Shown: positions 7,969 to 17,490, counted from the first letter of the stretch. The stretch: DNA of 64,000 nucleotides from Bacteroidales bacterium (GCA_017530365.1 JAFXMK010000034.1:3328-67327); one strand, 5' to 3'. Program-made: numbers and translations. The notes: a model not told the origin generated them from the letters alone.

Positions 7969-8778
7969 ATGGCAGAAATCACAATCCAAGATATCATCCA
8001 GCCTGAAAACCTGGTCTATGAAAAGTCAAAGCTGTTGACGGACAAACCGTTCCACTACTGCCCTGGTTGCGGACACGGCACCGTCCACCGCATCATCGCC
8101 GAAGTGCTCGAAGAGCTTGGCGTTGACGACAAAACCATCGGCGTCTCCCCTGTGGGTTGCGCTGTGATGGCCTACGACTATTTCGACGTTGACTTCGTCG
8201 AAGCCGCCCACGGCCGCGCCCCGGCGTGCGCCACGGGTATCAAGCGCGTGTGGCCCGACAAAGTCGTGTTCTCCTATCAAGGCGACGGTGACCTCGCTGC
8301 CATCGGCACCTGCGAGACCATCCATACCTGCAACCGTGGTGAGAACATCACCATGATCTTCGTCAACAACGGTATCTACGGCATGACCGGCGGCCAGATG
8401 GCTCCTACCACCTTGGTCGGCATGAAGACCGCCACCACGCCTTACGGCCGTATGCCTCAGTGGCCCGACGGAACCCCCAACAACGGTTTCCCGCTCCAGA
8501 TCACCCAACTGCTGGCCCAACTCCCTGGCACCCGCTACGTCACCCGTCAGGCTGTGTTCAGCCCCGCCGCCGTGCGTAACGCCAAGAAGGCCATCAAGAA
8601 GGCTTTCCAAAACCAGATCGAGAACAAGAACGGTGTCAACTTCGTTGAGATCGTTTCGAACTGCAACTCCAACTGGAAGATGAGCGCCGTCGATGCCAAC
8701 AAATGGTTACAAGACAACATGCTGCCCGTCTATCCTCTGGGCGACCTCAAGGACAACTTCGAGCTGATTAAAAAATAA
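7969..8778 (+). CDS. 2-oxoacid:ferredoxin oxidoreductase beta subunit (TPP-binding)
   Basis: 269 aa. Has CPGCGHG and the TPP-binding block GDGDLAAIG...NNGIYGMTGGQ. Confidence 0.88.
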   Translation: MAEITIQDIIQPENLVYEKSKLLTDKPFHYCPGCGHGTVHRIIAEVLEELGVDDKTIGVSPVGCAVMAYDYFDVDFVEAAHGRAPACATGIKRVWPDKVVFSYQGDGDLAAIGTCETIHTCNRGENITMIFVNNGIYGMTGGQMAPTTLVGMKTATTPYGRMPQWPDGTPNNGFPLQITQLLAQLPGTRYVTRQAVFSPAAVRNAKKAIKKAFQNQIENKNGVNFVEIVSNCNSNWKMSAVDANKWLQDNMLPVYPLGDLKDNFELIKK

Positions 8779-8780
8779 AA

Positions 8781-8836
8781 AGACGCGAGACTTCGAGACA
8801 CGAGACGCGAGTCCCGAGTCCCGCAGTCCCGAGTCA
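8781..8836 (+). repeat. GC-rich degenerate tandem repeat in the beta/gamma intergenic spacer
   Basis: AGACGCGAGAC-TTCGAGAC-ACGAGAC-GCGAGTCC-CGAGTCC-CGCAGTCC-CGAGTC. These are 7-8-nt units, (N)CGAGAC x3-4 then CGAGTCC x4. Confidence 0.7.
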
Positions 8837-8860
8837 ATTAAACCTAAAAACTACAAAGCA

Positions 8861-9403
8861 ATGACAGAAGAAATTATTATAGCCGGTTTCGGCGGACAAG
8901 GTGTCTTGTCAATGGGTAAGATCCTTGCTTACAGTGGTATCATGCAGAACAAGGAAGTCAGCTGGATGCCTTCATACGGACCCGAGATGCGTGGCGGTAC
9001 GGCCAACGTGACCGTCATCGTCAGCGACGAGCGCGTGTGCTCCCCCATCCTCAACGCTTTCGACACTGCCGTCATTCTGAATCAGCAGTCACTCGACAAG
9101 TTTGAGAGCAAAGTGAAACCCGGTGGTTACTTGATCTATGATCCCAACGGCATCACTCACAAGCCCACCCGTAAGGACATTCACATCTACACCATCGAGG
9201 GCGCTCAACTCGCCTCTGACATGGGTAACAGCAAGGTGTTCAACATGATCATCCTGGGTGCTTTCCTGAAGCTCCGCCCCATCATCGACAACAAGAACGT
9301 CGAAGAGGGTCTGCGCCACAGCTTGCCAGAGCGTGCCCACAAGCTCATCCCGCTGAACATGCAGGCCGTCCAGGTCGGTATGGACAACGTGAAGGAAGCT
9401 TAA
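8861..9403 (+). CDS. 2-oxoacid:ferredoxin oxidoreductase gamma subunit
   Basis: 180 aa. N-terminus IIIAGFGGQGVLSMGKILA and SYGPEMRGGTA are typical of the gamma subunit/domain. Confidence 0.88.
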   Translation: MTEEIIIAGFGGQGVLSMGKILAYSGIMQNKEVSWMPSYGPEMRGGTANVTVIVSDERVCSPILNAFDTAVILNQQSLDKFESKVKPGGYLIYDPNGITHKPTRKDIHIYTIEGAQLASDMGNSKVFNMIILGAFLKLRPIIDNKNVEEGLRHSLPERAHKLIPLNMQAVQVGMDNVKEA

Positions 9404-9426
9404 TCCTAAAGCGCTATGCTATGAAA

Positions 9427-9457
9427 AAGCCGCCTCAAATTGGGGCGGCTTTTTTTA
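9427..9457 (+). terminator. rho-independent terminator after the oxidoreductase operon
   Basis: AAGCCGCC-tcaaattg-GGGCGGCTT hairpin followed by T7. Confidence 0.75.
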
Positions 9458-9460
9458 ATT

Positions 9461-9494
9461 GGTCAACAAAAGAGGGACGATCTCTCGTCCCTCT
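9461..9494 (-). terminator. hairpin terminator for the convergent minus-strand lipoprotein gene
   Basis: AGAGGGACGA-tctc-TCGTCCCTCT, followed on the minus strand by TTTGTTG. Confidence 0.55.
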
Positions 9495-9517
9495 TCTGAT
9501 TCCATAAGGAAGTTAGC

Positions 9518-10381
9518 TTATTTCAGACCTCTCCATGTGCCATAGATGGGTTTGCACTGAACGTAAAGAGCAGAGCAACCAAAAACTTTAAACATGTCAG
9601 AGCCAAGGGCTTGCCAGATCTGAATTTGACGCTGAAATGAATCCCATCCACCAGGAGCTAAGACATAAACATAATAACACATGCCATAGCCGGTAATGGA
9701 GGTTTCTGTAGGAGCATTAACGGAACGGCACATTTCCATAGTGTAGGGCTCCGAAGGATTATAACCATTGTTCCAAGCAGCATCTTTCAGGGAAACAGCG
9801 GGCAAGTAACGTTGTACATACGTATCATTCTCGGGACTGTATGGAGAGTAGTTGAACTTGGTCTTCAAAATACGCACAATCTCTGATACAGTCGCTGAAC
9901 CATTGCAAATTAAGTTGAAGCAACGCTCACCAAGTGCAGCATCACGAGCATAGATTTCCATTGCCATAGGAATCATGGCAGCAGTTCCCTGAATAGATTT
10001 GCCGAGAAGGTTGTTGTAAACAGCCTCAAACTCAGTATAACCCGAAGGAATGTTCGTAAATGTGACGAAAGCGGTGGGCTCACTTAATTGTTGATCCGGG
10101 GGGATAGGGCTTTCGAAATCAAATTCACCGCTCACAGTGTAGGTGTGGTCGCCGTATGTCAAGGTATTACCATTGACAACAGCCTCGTGAGGCGTCTCGT
10201 TGATGAGATAAGCCCATGAGTCACCTGATGGTGTCGGGTTGTCAGGAGTTGGATTGTCTGGTGTAGGGTTGTCAGGGGTTGGTGTGACTGGAGTTGGTTC
10301 ATCCTTTGGCGTGCAGGATGTGAAAGCCAAGAAAGAAACACTCATCAAAACCAACATGAAAACTTTAAATGTTTTTTTCAT
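9518..10381 (-). CDS. lipoprotein with Pro/Thr/Asp/Asn repeat linker, function unknown
   Basis: 287 aa. Signal peptide plus lipobox (LAFTSC), then a PTPVTPTPDNPTPDNPTPDNPTP linker and a globular domain with no motif I recognise. Confidence 0.7.
   Translation of the reverse strand: MKKTFKVFMLVLMSVSFLAFTSCTPKDEPTPVTPTPDNPTPDNPTPDNPTPSGDSWAYLINETPHEAVVNGNTLTYGDHTYTVSGEFDFESPIPPDQQLSEPTAFVTFTNIPSGYTEFEAVYNNLLGKSIQGTAAMIPMAMEIYARDAALGERCFNLICNGSATVSEIVRILKTKFNYSPYSPENDTYVQRYLPAVSLKDAAWNNGYNPSEPYTMEMCRSVNAPTETSITGYGMCYYVYVLAPGGWDSFQRQIQIWQALGSDMFKVFGCSALYVQCKPIYGTWRGLK
10231..10290 (-). repeat. in-frame 15-nt tandem repeat encoding (PTPDN)n
   Basis: Three to four 15-nt units seen on the plus strand as GTGTCGGGTTGTCAG / GAGTTGGATTGTCTG / GTGTAGGGTTGTCAG / GGGTTGGTGTGACTG. 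Confidence 0.75.
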
Positions 10382-10502
10382 GATACGAATTTTTAAGTTT
10401 TTTAATTATTGAATTGTTAGGTTTATCACTAATTATTGCATTTGCATTGCAATAATACAACACTTTTTTTAATAAGCAATGATTCGTCAATGTTTTTTAT
10501 AA

Positions 10503-11387
10503 TCAATTCTTATAATAGGACATTTCTTTGGAAACCACCGAAGCGGCATAGAACCAGCCAACGGCTTCCCCTTGAGGCTGGATATTGGTCATCACGTTGG
10601 TCGGAGGTCCCAACAAAGGATTACTGCCCATGGCCATCTTCACGTTAAACACGAACATCATGTAATCGTATGGGATGCTCAACAAATCCAAGCGGATGAC
10701 CTCTCCATCGAAAAGCTCGCTGCTCCTCATCATTGCCACTGGAATCTCCATATTATTCTCCAACATCTCCGGCCCGTTGACATAATAGCCCGCATAGCCA
10801 GCCATCGGGATGGAACTGGCTTTCAGCAAAGTGTCATTCTGCGGAACGCCGTCTTCTGTGACGTGAATCATATATACAATGGAAGGATCCGGCAGGCTTT
10901 GGAAATAAGGATACAACATATAGATGGTATCCTTCAACGGCAGACCGTCGAACAACGGATTGGTCTTCAATACGATGGAATCGATTTCCTCCACATTGTC
11001 ATTCATCCGACTCTCCGCATAGAGATGCATGAACCCACCTTCCAGGTCTTCGTCAGGAACATCCACCAATAAGGTATAGTTGGTATTCTTTTTACCGGCA
11101 ACGGAATCTGTAAGATAGTGCCCAGGCTGGTCAACCTGCTCATAATACGGGATGGTGTCCACGCCATCCGTGACGGCGACCCTTGCACCGGTAATCATCT
11201 TGATATCACCGGCATGATAGAAATCAGCTGTATAGCTCAAGATCACCTCATGCTGTTTGAACTCATCGGTGATGGCACCTTCCACGCCTATCAAAGGATG
11301 GCCTTCCTCCAAGTCGATGACGATATCCTCGCGACAGGAGAACATGAGAAAAGACAACATTAAAAGCAAAAACAACTTGGTCTTCAT
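10503..11387 (-). CDS. DUF4249-type lipoprotein (usual partner of the upstream TonB-dependent receptor)
   Basis: ORF 10503..11495(-), trimmed to the Met at 11387 (MKTKLFLLLMLSFLMFSCRED). The longer form overlaps the receptor stop. It has the VIDLEEGHPLIGVEGAITDEFKQHEVILSYT hallmark and sits directly 3' of a TonB receptor. Confidence 0.75.
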   Translation of the reverse strand: MKTKLFLLLMLSFLMFSCREDIVIDLEEGHPLIGVEGAITDEFKQHEVILSYTADFYHAGDIKMITGARVAVTDGVDTIPYYEQVDQPGHYLTDSVAGKKNTNYTLLVDVPDEDLEGGFMHLYAESRMNDNVEEIDSIVLKTNPLFDGLPLKDTIYMLYPYFQSLPDPSIVYMIHVTEDGVPQNDTLLKASSIPMAGYAGYYVNGPEMLENNMEIPVAMMRSSELFDGEVIRLDLLSIPYDYMMFVFNVKMAMGSNPLLGPPTNVMTNIQPQGEAVGWFYAASVVSKEMSYYKN

Positions 11388-11392
11388 GGCGC

Positions 11393-13729
11393 TCAGAATT
11401 TGAATTGATATGAAATGGAAGGCACGGTCGAGAATAGATACATTTTCTCTGTCTTTACTCCTCCGTCCTCTTCTTGAGAGAAGGTGACAGCCCAAGTGTT
11501 ATGATGTGCATACACATTATAAACCGAAACGTTCAGCTCACTGTCCCAGCGCTTCCACCGACGGTCGGGAAGCTGCCAGGTAAGCGACAAGTCCATGCGG
11601 TGATAGTCGGGATAACGGCTCTCGTTGCGGCTTCCATTATAGATGGCGTATGTGGTGCCCCCCATGGTATATTGTCCGGAAGGGTAAGTCACCGGCTGGC
11701 CCGTGTTGTAGATCCAATTAGCGGCAACGCTGAGCTTAGGTGTGATGTCGTAGTTTGCCACAATCACAAAGTTATGCGGACGGTCGTAAGGAGAGCGGTA
11801 TTCCTTGCCGAAGTTGACACCATCAACCGTGCGGAAAGTGCGTGAATAGGTATAGGAAATCCAGCCCGTCAGCTTGCCCGTATTCTTCCTGACCAAAAAC
11901 TCCGCACCATACGATCGACCTTTGCCAAAACGAAGCTCTCCATCGATCAACACGTTGCCATACGTCATGGCATTGTCCTTGAAGTCAATCACATGGTCAA
12001 GGTCCTTGTAATACACCTCCACCGAGGTCTCGATGGCATCATGGTCGAAATTCCTGAAATAGCCCAAGGCAAACTGGTCGCAACGCTGCGGCTTCACATT
12101 GGGACTGACAGGGAACCACACATCAAAAGGCAGCCCTCCCGTTGCTGCAGAGGCCACTTGTATATACTGGAAAGTTCGGGAGTACGACGCTTTTACCGAC
12201 GAAACCTCATCGATACGGAACATGGCTGCCAACCTGGGTTCGGGATGGATCTCCGTGTTGAACACCTTACCTTTCCCGTAATGGATGGTATCGGCCACCT
12301 GATAGCTGTCGTCAAAGGTATAAAAATCCTCCGCACCGATGTTTTGGAAAGCCGAGAGGCGCAACCCATAACGCATCGAGAAGCGAGGTGTAATGGTATG
12401 ATCATGGGTGAAATAGACAGCATGCTCCAAGCCTTTACGGCGCACCACCGTCATGCTATCGAGACTCAAATACTGCGCCAGGGCACCTCCACGATCTTCA
12501 AGCTGGCCTTGCTCAAGGGAAAGGAATCCCGAGGAGAGTCCCCAACGCGAAGTGTGGTTCTCATTCCAAAGCATGGTAAAGTCGTAGTTTAATTCGGCAC
12601 TATGCGAACCTGCTTTCAACGTGAAGTCGTAGGGATCAAACCAGATATCGATGACGTAGTTGTATTTTGTGCCTAGCAGAGTGAGATTCGAAGTAAGCCT
12701 ATCGCCAAAAATATGGTTCCACCGCAATGTAGCGCTCGAATTGCCATAACCGAGACCCATCATATCCTTTATCTGGAAACGATCACGACCATGGTAGGCC
12801 GAAAAGAAAAGACGGTTGTTGTCGTTGATCCGTTGGGTCACCTTACCATTCAGGTCAAAGAAATAGATGTTGGAGCCTTTCACATCCTCTCCCATAAACG
12901 GAATCACGAGACCTGCGTAGGTGGTTCGTCCGGCAAGCAAGAAGGAGGTCTGTTGTTCAAAAGCGGGTGTCTCAAGCATCAAGCGGCTGGTGACAAGGCC
13001 GACACCTCCTTGACCTGAAAGCTTTTTAGGCATGTCGTCCTTCACTTTCACATCCAGCACCGAAGAAAGACGGCCACCGTAGTTCGCGGGTATATCGCCT
13101 TTATAGAGCGTGGCTTCTTTGACCACGTCGTTATTGAAAACCGAGAAAAAGCCCAGAAAATGCGAGGCGTTGTAGATCGGCGCATCATCCAGGAGGATAA
13201 GGTTTTGGTCAGTACCGCCGCCCCTCACGGAGAAACCGGATGAGCCTTCCGATGCTGCCTGCACACCTGGCAAGAGCTGTATGGTCTTGATGACATCGAC
13301 CTCTCCCATCAAGGCAGGAATCTTCTTGATGGTGATCATATCAAGGGTCTGCACGCTCATCGCCATCTCCGAGACATTACGGTCGGGCTTCTGACTGGTG
13401 ATCTGCACTTCCGACAACTTGGTAACATCAGGTTCCAAACGGACATTCAAGGTCTGAGGCTTCTGCCCTACTACAACGTTGTTCACAACAGTTTTGAAAC
13501 CCATGTATGAAAACTGAAGCTGATGATTCCCTACCGGAAGATCTATCTCGTATTTCCCTTTCTCGTTAGTGGTGACGCCTGTTTTGAGTTTAGGCTCATA
13601 CACGGCCACGCCGATCAACGTCTCCCCCGACTCAGCATCACGTACGATCCCTGAGACACTGCCCTTTTGCTGGGCAGCGAGAACGAATGAAACCAACAAA
13701 AAACAAGCTAACAGTAATCGCCTGCTCAT
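11393..13729 (-). CDS. TonB-dependent outer-membrane receptor with N-terminal carboxypeptidase-regulatory-like domain
   Basis: 778 aa. Signal peptide, then GSVSGIVRDAESGETLIGVAV...GKYEIDLPVGNHQLQFSYMGF (CarbopepD_reg-like), a plug region (IKTIQLLPGVQAASEGSSGFSVRGG) and a C-terminal barrel ending ...SISYQFKF. Confidence 0.9.
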   Translation of the reverse strand: MSRRLLLACFLLVSFVLAAQQKGSVSGIVRDAESGETLIGVAVYEPKLKTGVTTNEKGKYEIDLPVGNHQLQFSYMGFKTVVNNVVVGQKPQTLNVRLEPDVTKLSEVQITSQKPDRNVSEMAMSVQTLDMITIKKIPALMGEVDVIKTIQLLPGVQAASEGSSGFSVRGGGTDQNLILLDDAPIYNASHFLGFFSVFNNDVVKEATLYKGDIPANYGGRLSSVLDVKVKDDMPKKLSGQGGVGLVTSRLMLETPAFEQQTSFLLAGRTTYAGLVIPFMGEDVKGSNIYFFDLNGKVTQRINDNNRLFFSAYHGRDRFQIKDMMGLGYGNSSATLRWNHIFGDRLTSNLTLLGTKYNYVIDIWFDPYDFTLKAGSHSAELNYDFTMLWNENHTSRWGLSSGFLSLEQGQLEDRGGALAQYLSLDSMTVVRRKGLEHAVYFTHDHTITPRFSMRYGLRLSAFQNIGAEDFYTFDDSYQVADTIHYGKGKVFNTEIHPEPRLAAMFRIDEVSSVKASYSRTFQYIQVASAATGGLPFDVWFPVSPNVKPQRCDQFALGYFRNFDHDAIETSVEVYYKDLDHVIDFKDNAMTYGNVLIDGELRFGKGRSYGAEFLVRKNTGKLTGWISYTYSRTFRTVDGVNFGKEYRSPYDRPHNFVIVANYDITPKLSVAANWIYNTGQPVTYPSGQYTMGGTTYAIYNGSRNESRYPDYHRMDLSLTWQLPDRRWKRWDSELNVSVYNVYAHHNTWAVTFSQEEDGGVKTEKMYLFSTVPSISYQFKF

Positions 13730-14493
13730 TTCGCTGACAAGGAAATACTCTTTATTTCGCTGGATTGTTCACCATCTCCCCAGGCATGCTTTGCATAAGC
13801 TCTATACCAAACTTTTGCAGCACCCGTAAGCACTCTTTTGGGAATACAGCCACCAATTGTGATTTCCATTTTACCTCCCACAATGGTATCCAACACCTTT
13901 TGGGCAACCACATTGTTATCGAGTGCTGCTTCTTCCGTTCCCCACTCGAATTTCAAATCTCTTGTCAAACCAATGGAATCCATCAGTGGTCTCCAATGCG
14001 AACGAACGGTTCCGAAAAGCCAAAGTGTGTCATTATTTATCCATGCAGTGTCAGCCTTCACTCTTTCCGGTATCCCTGGATTCATGGTCTTAACTGATTT
14101 CCAGTTCAGCAGCGTATCGGCAATAGTATCCACCAACGGCGTAAAGTCTTCAAAAACAGCATAGTATTTATAAGCAGTGTTAGGTTTCAATCCCCATATT
14201 GTATCTACTATGCCGCCACCCTTTGGCACCAATACATTTTTAAAGGCAATGCTATCAGCATCAATGCGGAAAATATGAGTCTGCTCAGTGTCTTCCACAT
14301 AATACAGTTTCACCATGTCAACGACCATGTCAAAATCGGATGATGTTTTCAGTTGCAAAACGCCAGTGGTGTCCAACGTATATCCAGTTATCTTGTTTTC
14401 AATACTCGGAATAACACCACCCTCCTCTTTATGACAAGAAAACAGGAATGCAAAGCTAGCTACTAGAACCAACAAAAGACTTACTTTTTTCAT
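13726..14493 (-). CDS. lipoprotein, function unknown (first gene of the TonB-receptor operon)
   Basis: 255 aa, MKKVSLLLVLVASFAFLFSCHKEE. Its stop overlaps the receptor start by 4 nt (ATGA). Confidence 0.7.
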   Translation of the reverse strand: MKKVSLLLVLVASFAFLFSCHKEEGGVIPSIENKITGYTLDTTGVLQLKTSSDFDMVVDMVKLYYVEDTEQTHIFRIDADSIAFKNVLVPKGGGIVDTIWGLKPNTAYKYYAVFEDFTPLVDTIADTLLNWKSVKTMNPGIPERVKADTAWINNDTLWLFGTVRSHWRPLMDSIGLTRDLKFEWGTEEAALDNNVVAQKVLDTIVGGKMEITIGGCIPKRVLTGAAKVWYRAYAKHAWGDGEQSSEIKSISLSAK

Positions 14494-14521
14494 CTCAATA
14501 CAATTTTCAAATTATTGAGCG

Positions 14522-14529
14522 CAAAGATA
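14522..14529 (-). promoter_or_regulatory. -7 promoter box TATCTTTG for the lipoprotein/TonB-receptor operon
   Basis: Plus-strand CAAAGATA equals minus-strand TATCTTTG, 29 nt upstream of the ATG at 14493. Confidence 0.5.
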
Positions 14530-14530
14530 A

Positions 14531-17449
14531 TCATTTTTTCTGCTTATAGGGCATTTTAGCCATTTTTTCCACTTCCAATGAGGGTTGTCCGAACTCCTCC
14601 GTCACTTTTCCAAGCAATAGATACACGCCATCGCCTTGAAACGGCCAGCTTTTGAACACTTCCGGGAAATGCACTGTGTCAAAAGCCTCGCCGTTACAGT
14701 CAACAAAGGTGCCAAGAGCCATGGGATCGCCTTTACAAGTGCGCACATATTTCACCGTCACCAGTTTGCCCAACATCCGGCATCGTTTTCCAACGAAACG
14801 AAGCATCTGAGAGCCCATCAGTTCACCGCGAAACGAGGTCTGAAGCAGGTCAAACCAAGTTACGGAAACTGGGAAACCGAACAATTCGATCTCATCGTAT
14901 GCATTGTTCAAGATGCTGGTTTTGAAGTCAGGGAATTCGAAATGCTGGCTTTCAAGCTGGAAAAGTGTCTCCGGCTGCTCCTTCTTACCTTCGCTTTTGT
15001 TCAGATGTGCCTGCCACAACAAGGCGGCCTTGGGTTCTCTTGTAAAATCGAAAGCACCGCCACGAATAAGCAAGACAAGCTGCTCTACCGAAAATGGCAC
15101 CCGGACCATGAAGTCCTCCAGGCTCCTGAACGGCCCATGTGCCTCACGTTCCGCAAGGAAACCCTCTACAAAATGCCGTTCAAGCCCTTGCAGATGCACG
15201 AAGCCCATGTATATTGTTCTGCCGTTCAAAGTGGTGAGATAACTGCTTCGGTTGACGCAGGGTAGATGTCTTTTGGCACCCATGCGCCGTGCCTCGTTGA
15301 AGTAAAACCATGTCTGGTAAAAGCCACCGAAATTGTTGATCACGGCCACCTGAAACTCAAGCGGATAATGGCTTTTCAGATAAAGGCTCTGATAGCTCTC
15401 CACTGCGTACGACGCTGAATGCGCCTTCGAGAAGGAATAGCCCGAGAACGACTCGATCTGCCGCCACAGTTCGCGCACCAAGTTATCGGGGTAGCCCTTG
15501 GCTTTGCAATTGTCGAAGAAGCGTCTAGTCACCGCCTCAAACTCCGACTTGTCGCGCATCTTATGCCCCATCATGCGACGTAACACATCGGCTTCGGCCA
15601 AGTCCAAACCCGCAAAATAATGTCCCACCTTGAGCACATCTTCTTGGTAGATCATCACGCCGTAAGTCTCAGCCAACAGTTCCTTCAGCAGCGGATGCTT
15701 ATAGTCCACCGTCTCTGGATGATGAAAACGGTTGATATATTCCCGCATCATGCCTGAACGGGCCACCCCAGGACGGATAATGGAACTGGCCGCCACCAGG
15801 GTCTTGTAGTCGCTACATCGCAACTTCCGCAACAGGCCACGCATCGCCGGACTCTCGATATAGAAACAACCACAAGTCTCGGCTTTGAGCAATTGCCGAC
15901 GGATCATCTCGTCTTGCTTCAGCGCATCAATTCGATGAATATCGATACGGACACCTCGATGACGCTCCACCATTTCCACCGCATCACGGATGTGGGCGAT
16001 ACCACGCTGACTGAGGATATCCATCTTGTCCAAACCTATCTTCTCGGCCGAATACATATCATATTGCGTCGTCGGGAAACCCTTGGGCGGCAGGTCGAGG
16101 GCAGCATAATCGGTAATGGGGTTTTCGGTGATGAGCACGCCGCCTGCATGGATGGAACGCTGGCGCGGGAAGTCGCGAAGACGATCGGCAAGGGTGAGGA
16201 TATGGCGTCCGATCTCGCTCTGTCGGGCAAAGGCCTTGGTATTGCGCTCCATCTGGTCGATCTCGCCTTTGGGAAGACCGAACACCTTGCCCAACTCACG
16301 GCAAAGCGAGTTGCTTTGAAACGTGACTGTCGCACCCAACAACGCCACATGTTCTTGGCCATACTTTTCGAAGATGTGTGCAATGACTTGGTCGCGGTCG
16401 CGCCACGAGAAGTCGAGGTCGAAGTCGGGAGGGCTGCTTCGCTTGGGGTTGAGGAACCGTTCGAAATACAGATCCAGCTCGATTGGATCCACATCGGTGA
16501 TCTTCAGGCAATATGCCACCACGCTATTGGCACCGCTACCCCGCCCCACATGGTAGAAGCCCTGTTTCATGGCAAACTGGACAATCTCCCAGGCGATGAG
16601 AAAATAGGCACAAAAGCCCATCCGATCAATGATGTCCAACTCTTTCTCGATGCGACGATATGCTGTCTTGTTGGTCGTCCCATAGCGGTAAGCCATCCCA
16701 TCAAAAGCCAACTTGCGCAACAGCTCGCGATCGTCATACACATTGCCCGTGAAACTGCGCTTGCTTTTCACGCTCCCGTCCAAGTTGATCTCGCATTGTT
16801 CCAACATGCGCTCCGCGTTTTCGATAAGCTGGGGATACAGCGCAAAGGTGGCTTTCAATCTCTCAACAGGCAAAAAAATCTCATCAGGTCCGGCACAGGA
16901 CGAAGGCTCTAGGCGCGAGATCAGCACATTCTCATCGATGGCACGCATACATCGGTGCAACTCGAAATCGGCTTCTTCGGCAAAGGTGACCGGTTGCATG
17001 GCAACGAGCTTTTCGAACGACTCACAGGCAAACATCTTGGTCAGCTGGGAGAAGCGCACCCCTAGGAATTCGTTCGCTTTCAACTGTGCAGGCTTCCGCT
17101 TTCCGAAGGGATAGATGACGAAAACCTCATCCCATTCGGGTGCTGACTCGGGATAAGGCTGCTTGGTAAGGTTGTGTTGCGTCAAAAAACGGTTCAGCTC
17201 GGCGAAACCTTTGTTGTTTTTGGCCAATGCCACATAAAGCAGTTCGTTGCCGTTGCGAAACTCCACACCCACGACAGGTCGAACGCCCTTCTTCTGACAT
17301 TCCACCACGAAGTCGGCGACGCCCATCGTTGTGTTGATATCGGTCAAGGGCAAGGTACGATACCCCAAGGCCGCTGCCCTTTCGACAAGGTCAGGTATCG
17401 GCATCGTGCCGTAGCACAAGCTGTTATATGAATGGACGGCGAGTTGCAA
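14531..17449 (-). CDS. dnaE2: error-prone DNA polymerase III alpha-subunit paralogue (DnaE2-like)
   Basis: 972 aa. PHP-domain N-terminus (LAVHSYNSLCYG...LPLTDINTTMG), pol III alpha core blocks (GRGSGANSVVAYCLKITDVDP, PDFDLDF) and an OB-fold tail. Paired with a Y-family polymerase gene. The start codon appears to be TTG. Confidence 0.85.
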   Translation of the reverse strand: MQLAVHSYNSLCYGTMPIPDLVERAAALGYRTLPLTDINTTMGVADFVVECQKKGVRPVVGVEFRNGNELLYVALAKNNKGFAELNRFLTQHNLTKQPYPESAPEWDEVFVIYPFGKRKPAQLKANEFLGVRFSQLTKMFACESFEKLVAMQPVTFAEEADFELHRCMRAIDENVLISRLEPSSCAGPDEIFLPVERLKATFALYPQLIENAERMLEQCEINLDGSVKSKRSFTGNVYDDRELLRKLAFDGMAYRYGTTNKTAYRRIEKELDIIDRMGFCAYFLIAWEIVQFAMKQGFYHVGRGSGANSVVAYCLKITDVDPIELDLYFERFLNPKRSSPPDFDLDFSWRDRDQVIAHIFEKYGQEHVALLGATVTFQSNSLCRELGKVFGLPKGEIDQMERNTKAFARQSEIGRHILTLADRLRDFPRQRSIHAGGVLITENPITDYAALDLPPKGFPTTQYDMYSAEKIGLDKMDILSQRGIAHIRDAVEMVERHRGVRIDIHRIDALKQDEMIRRQLLKAETCGCFYIESPAMRGLLRKLRCSDYKTLVAASSIIRPGVARSGMMREYINRFHHPETVDYKHPLLKELLAETYGVMIYQEDVLKVGHYFAGLDLAEADVLRRMMGHKMRDKSEFEAVTRRFFDNCKAKGYPDNLVRELWRQIESFSGYSFSKAHSASYAVESYQSLYLKSHYPLEFQVAVINNFGGFYQTWFYFNEARRMGAKRHLPCVNRSSYLTTLNGRTIYMGFVHLQGLERHFVEGFLAEREAHGPFRSLEDFMVRVPFSVEQLVLLIRGGAFDFTREPKAALLWQAHLNKSEGKKEQPETLFQLESQHFEFPDFKTSILNNAYDEIELFGFPVSVTWFDLLQTSFRGELMGSQMLRFVGKRCRMLGKLVTVKYVRTCKGDPMALGTFVDCNGEAFDTVHFPEVFKSWPFQGDGVYLLLGKVTEEFGQPSLEVEKMAKMPYKQKK

Positions 17450-17490
17450 GTTGTTCAGTTGCTCAGTTACTCAGTTGTTCAGTTGACAAA
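17445..17490 (-). repeat. 8-nt tandem repeat (NNAACTGA)x4-5 at the dinB/dnaE2 junction
   Basis: The minus strand reads TCAACTGA-ACAACTGA-GTAACTGA-GCAACTGA-ACAACTTGCAACTC. It covers the last dinB codons, its stop and the spacer up to the dnaE2 start. Confidence 0.8.
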
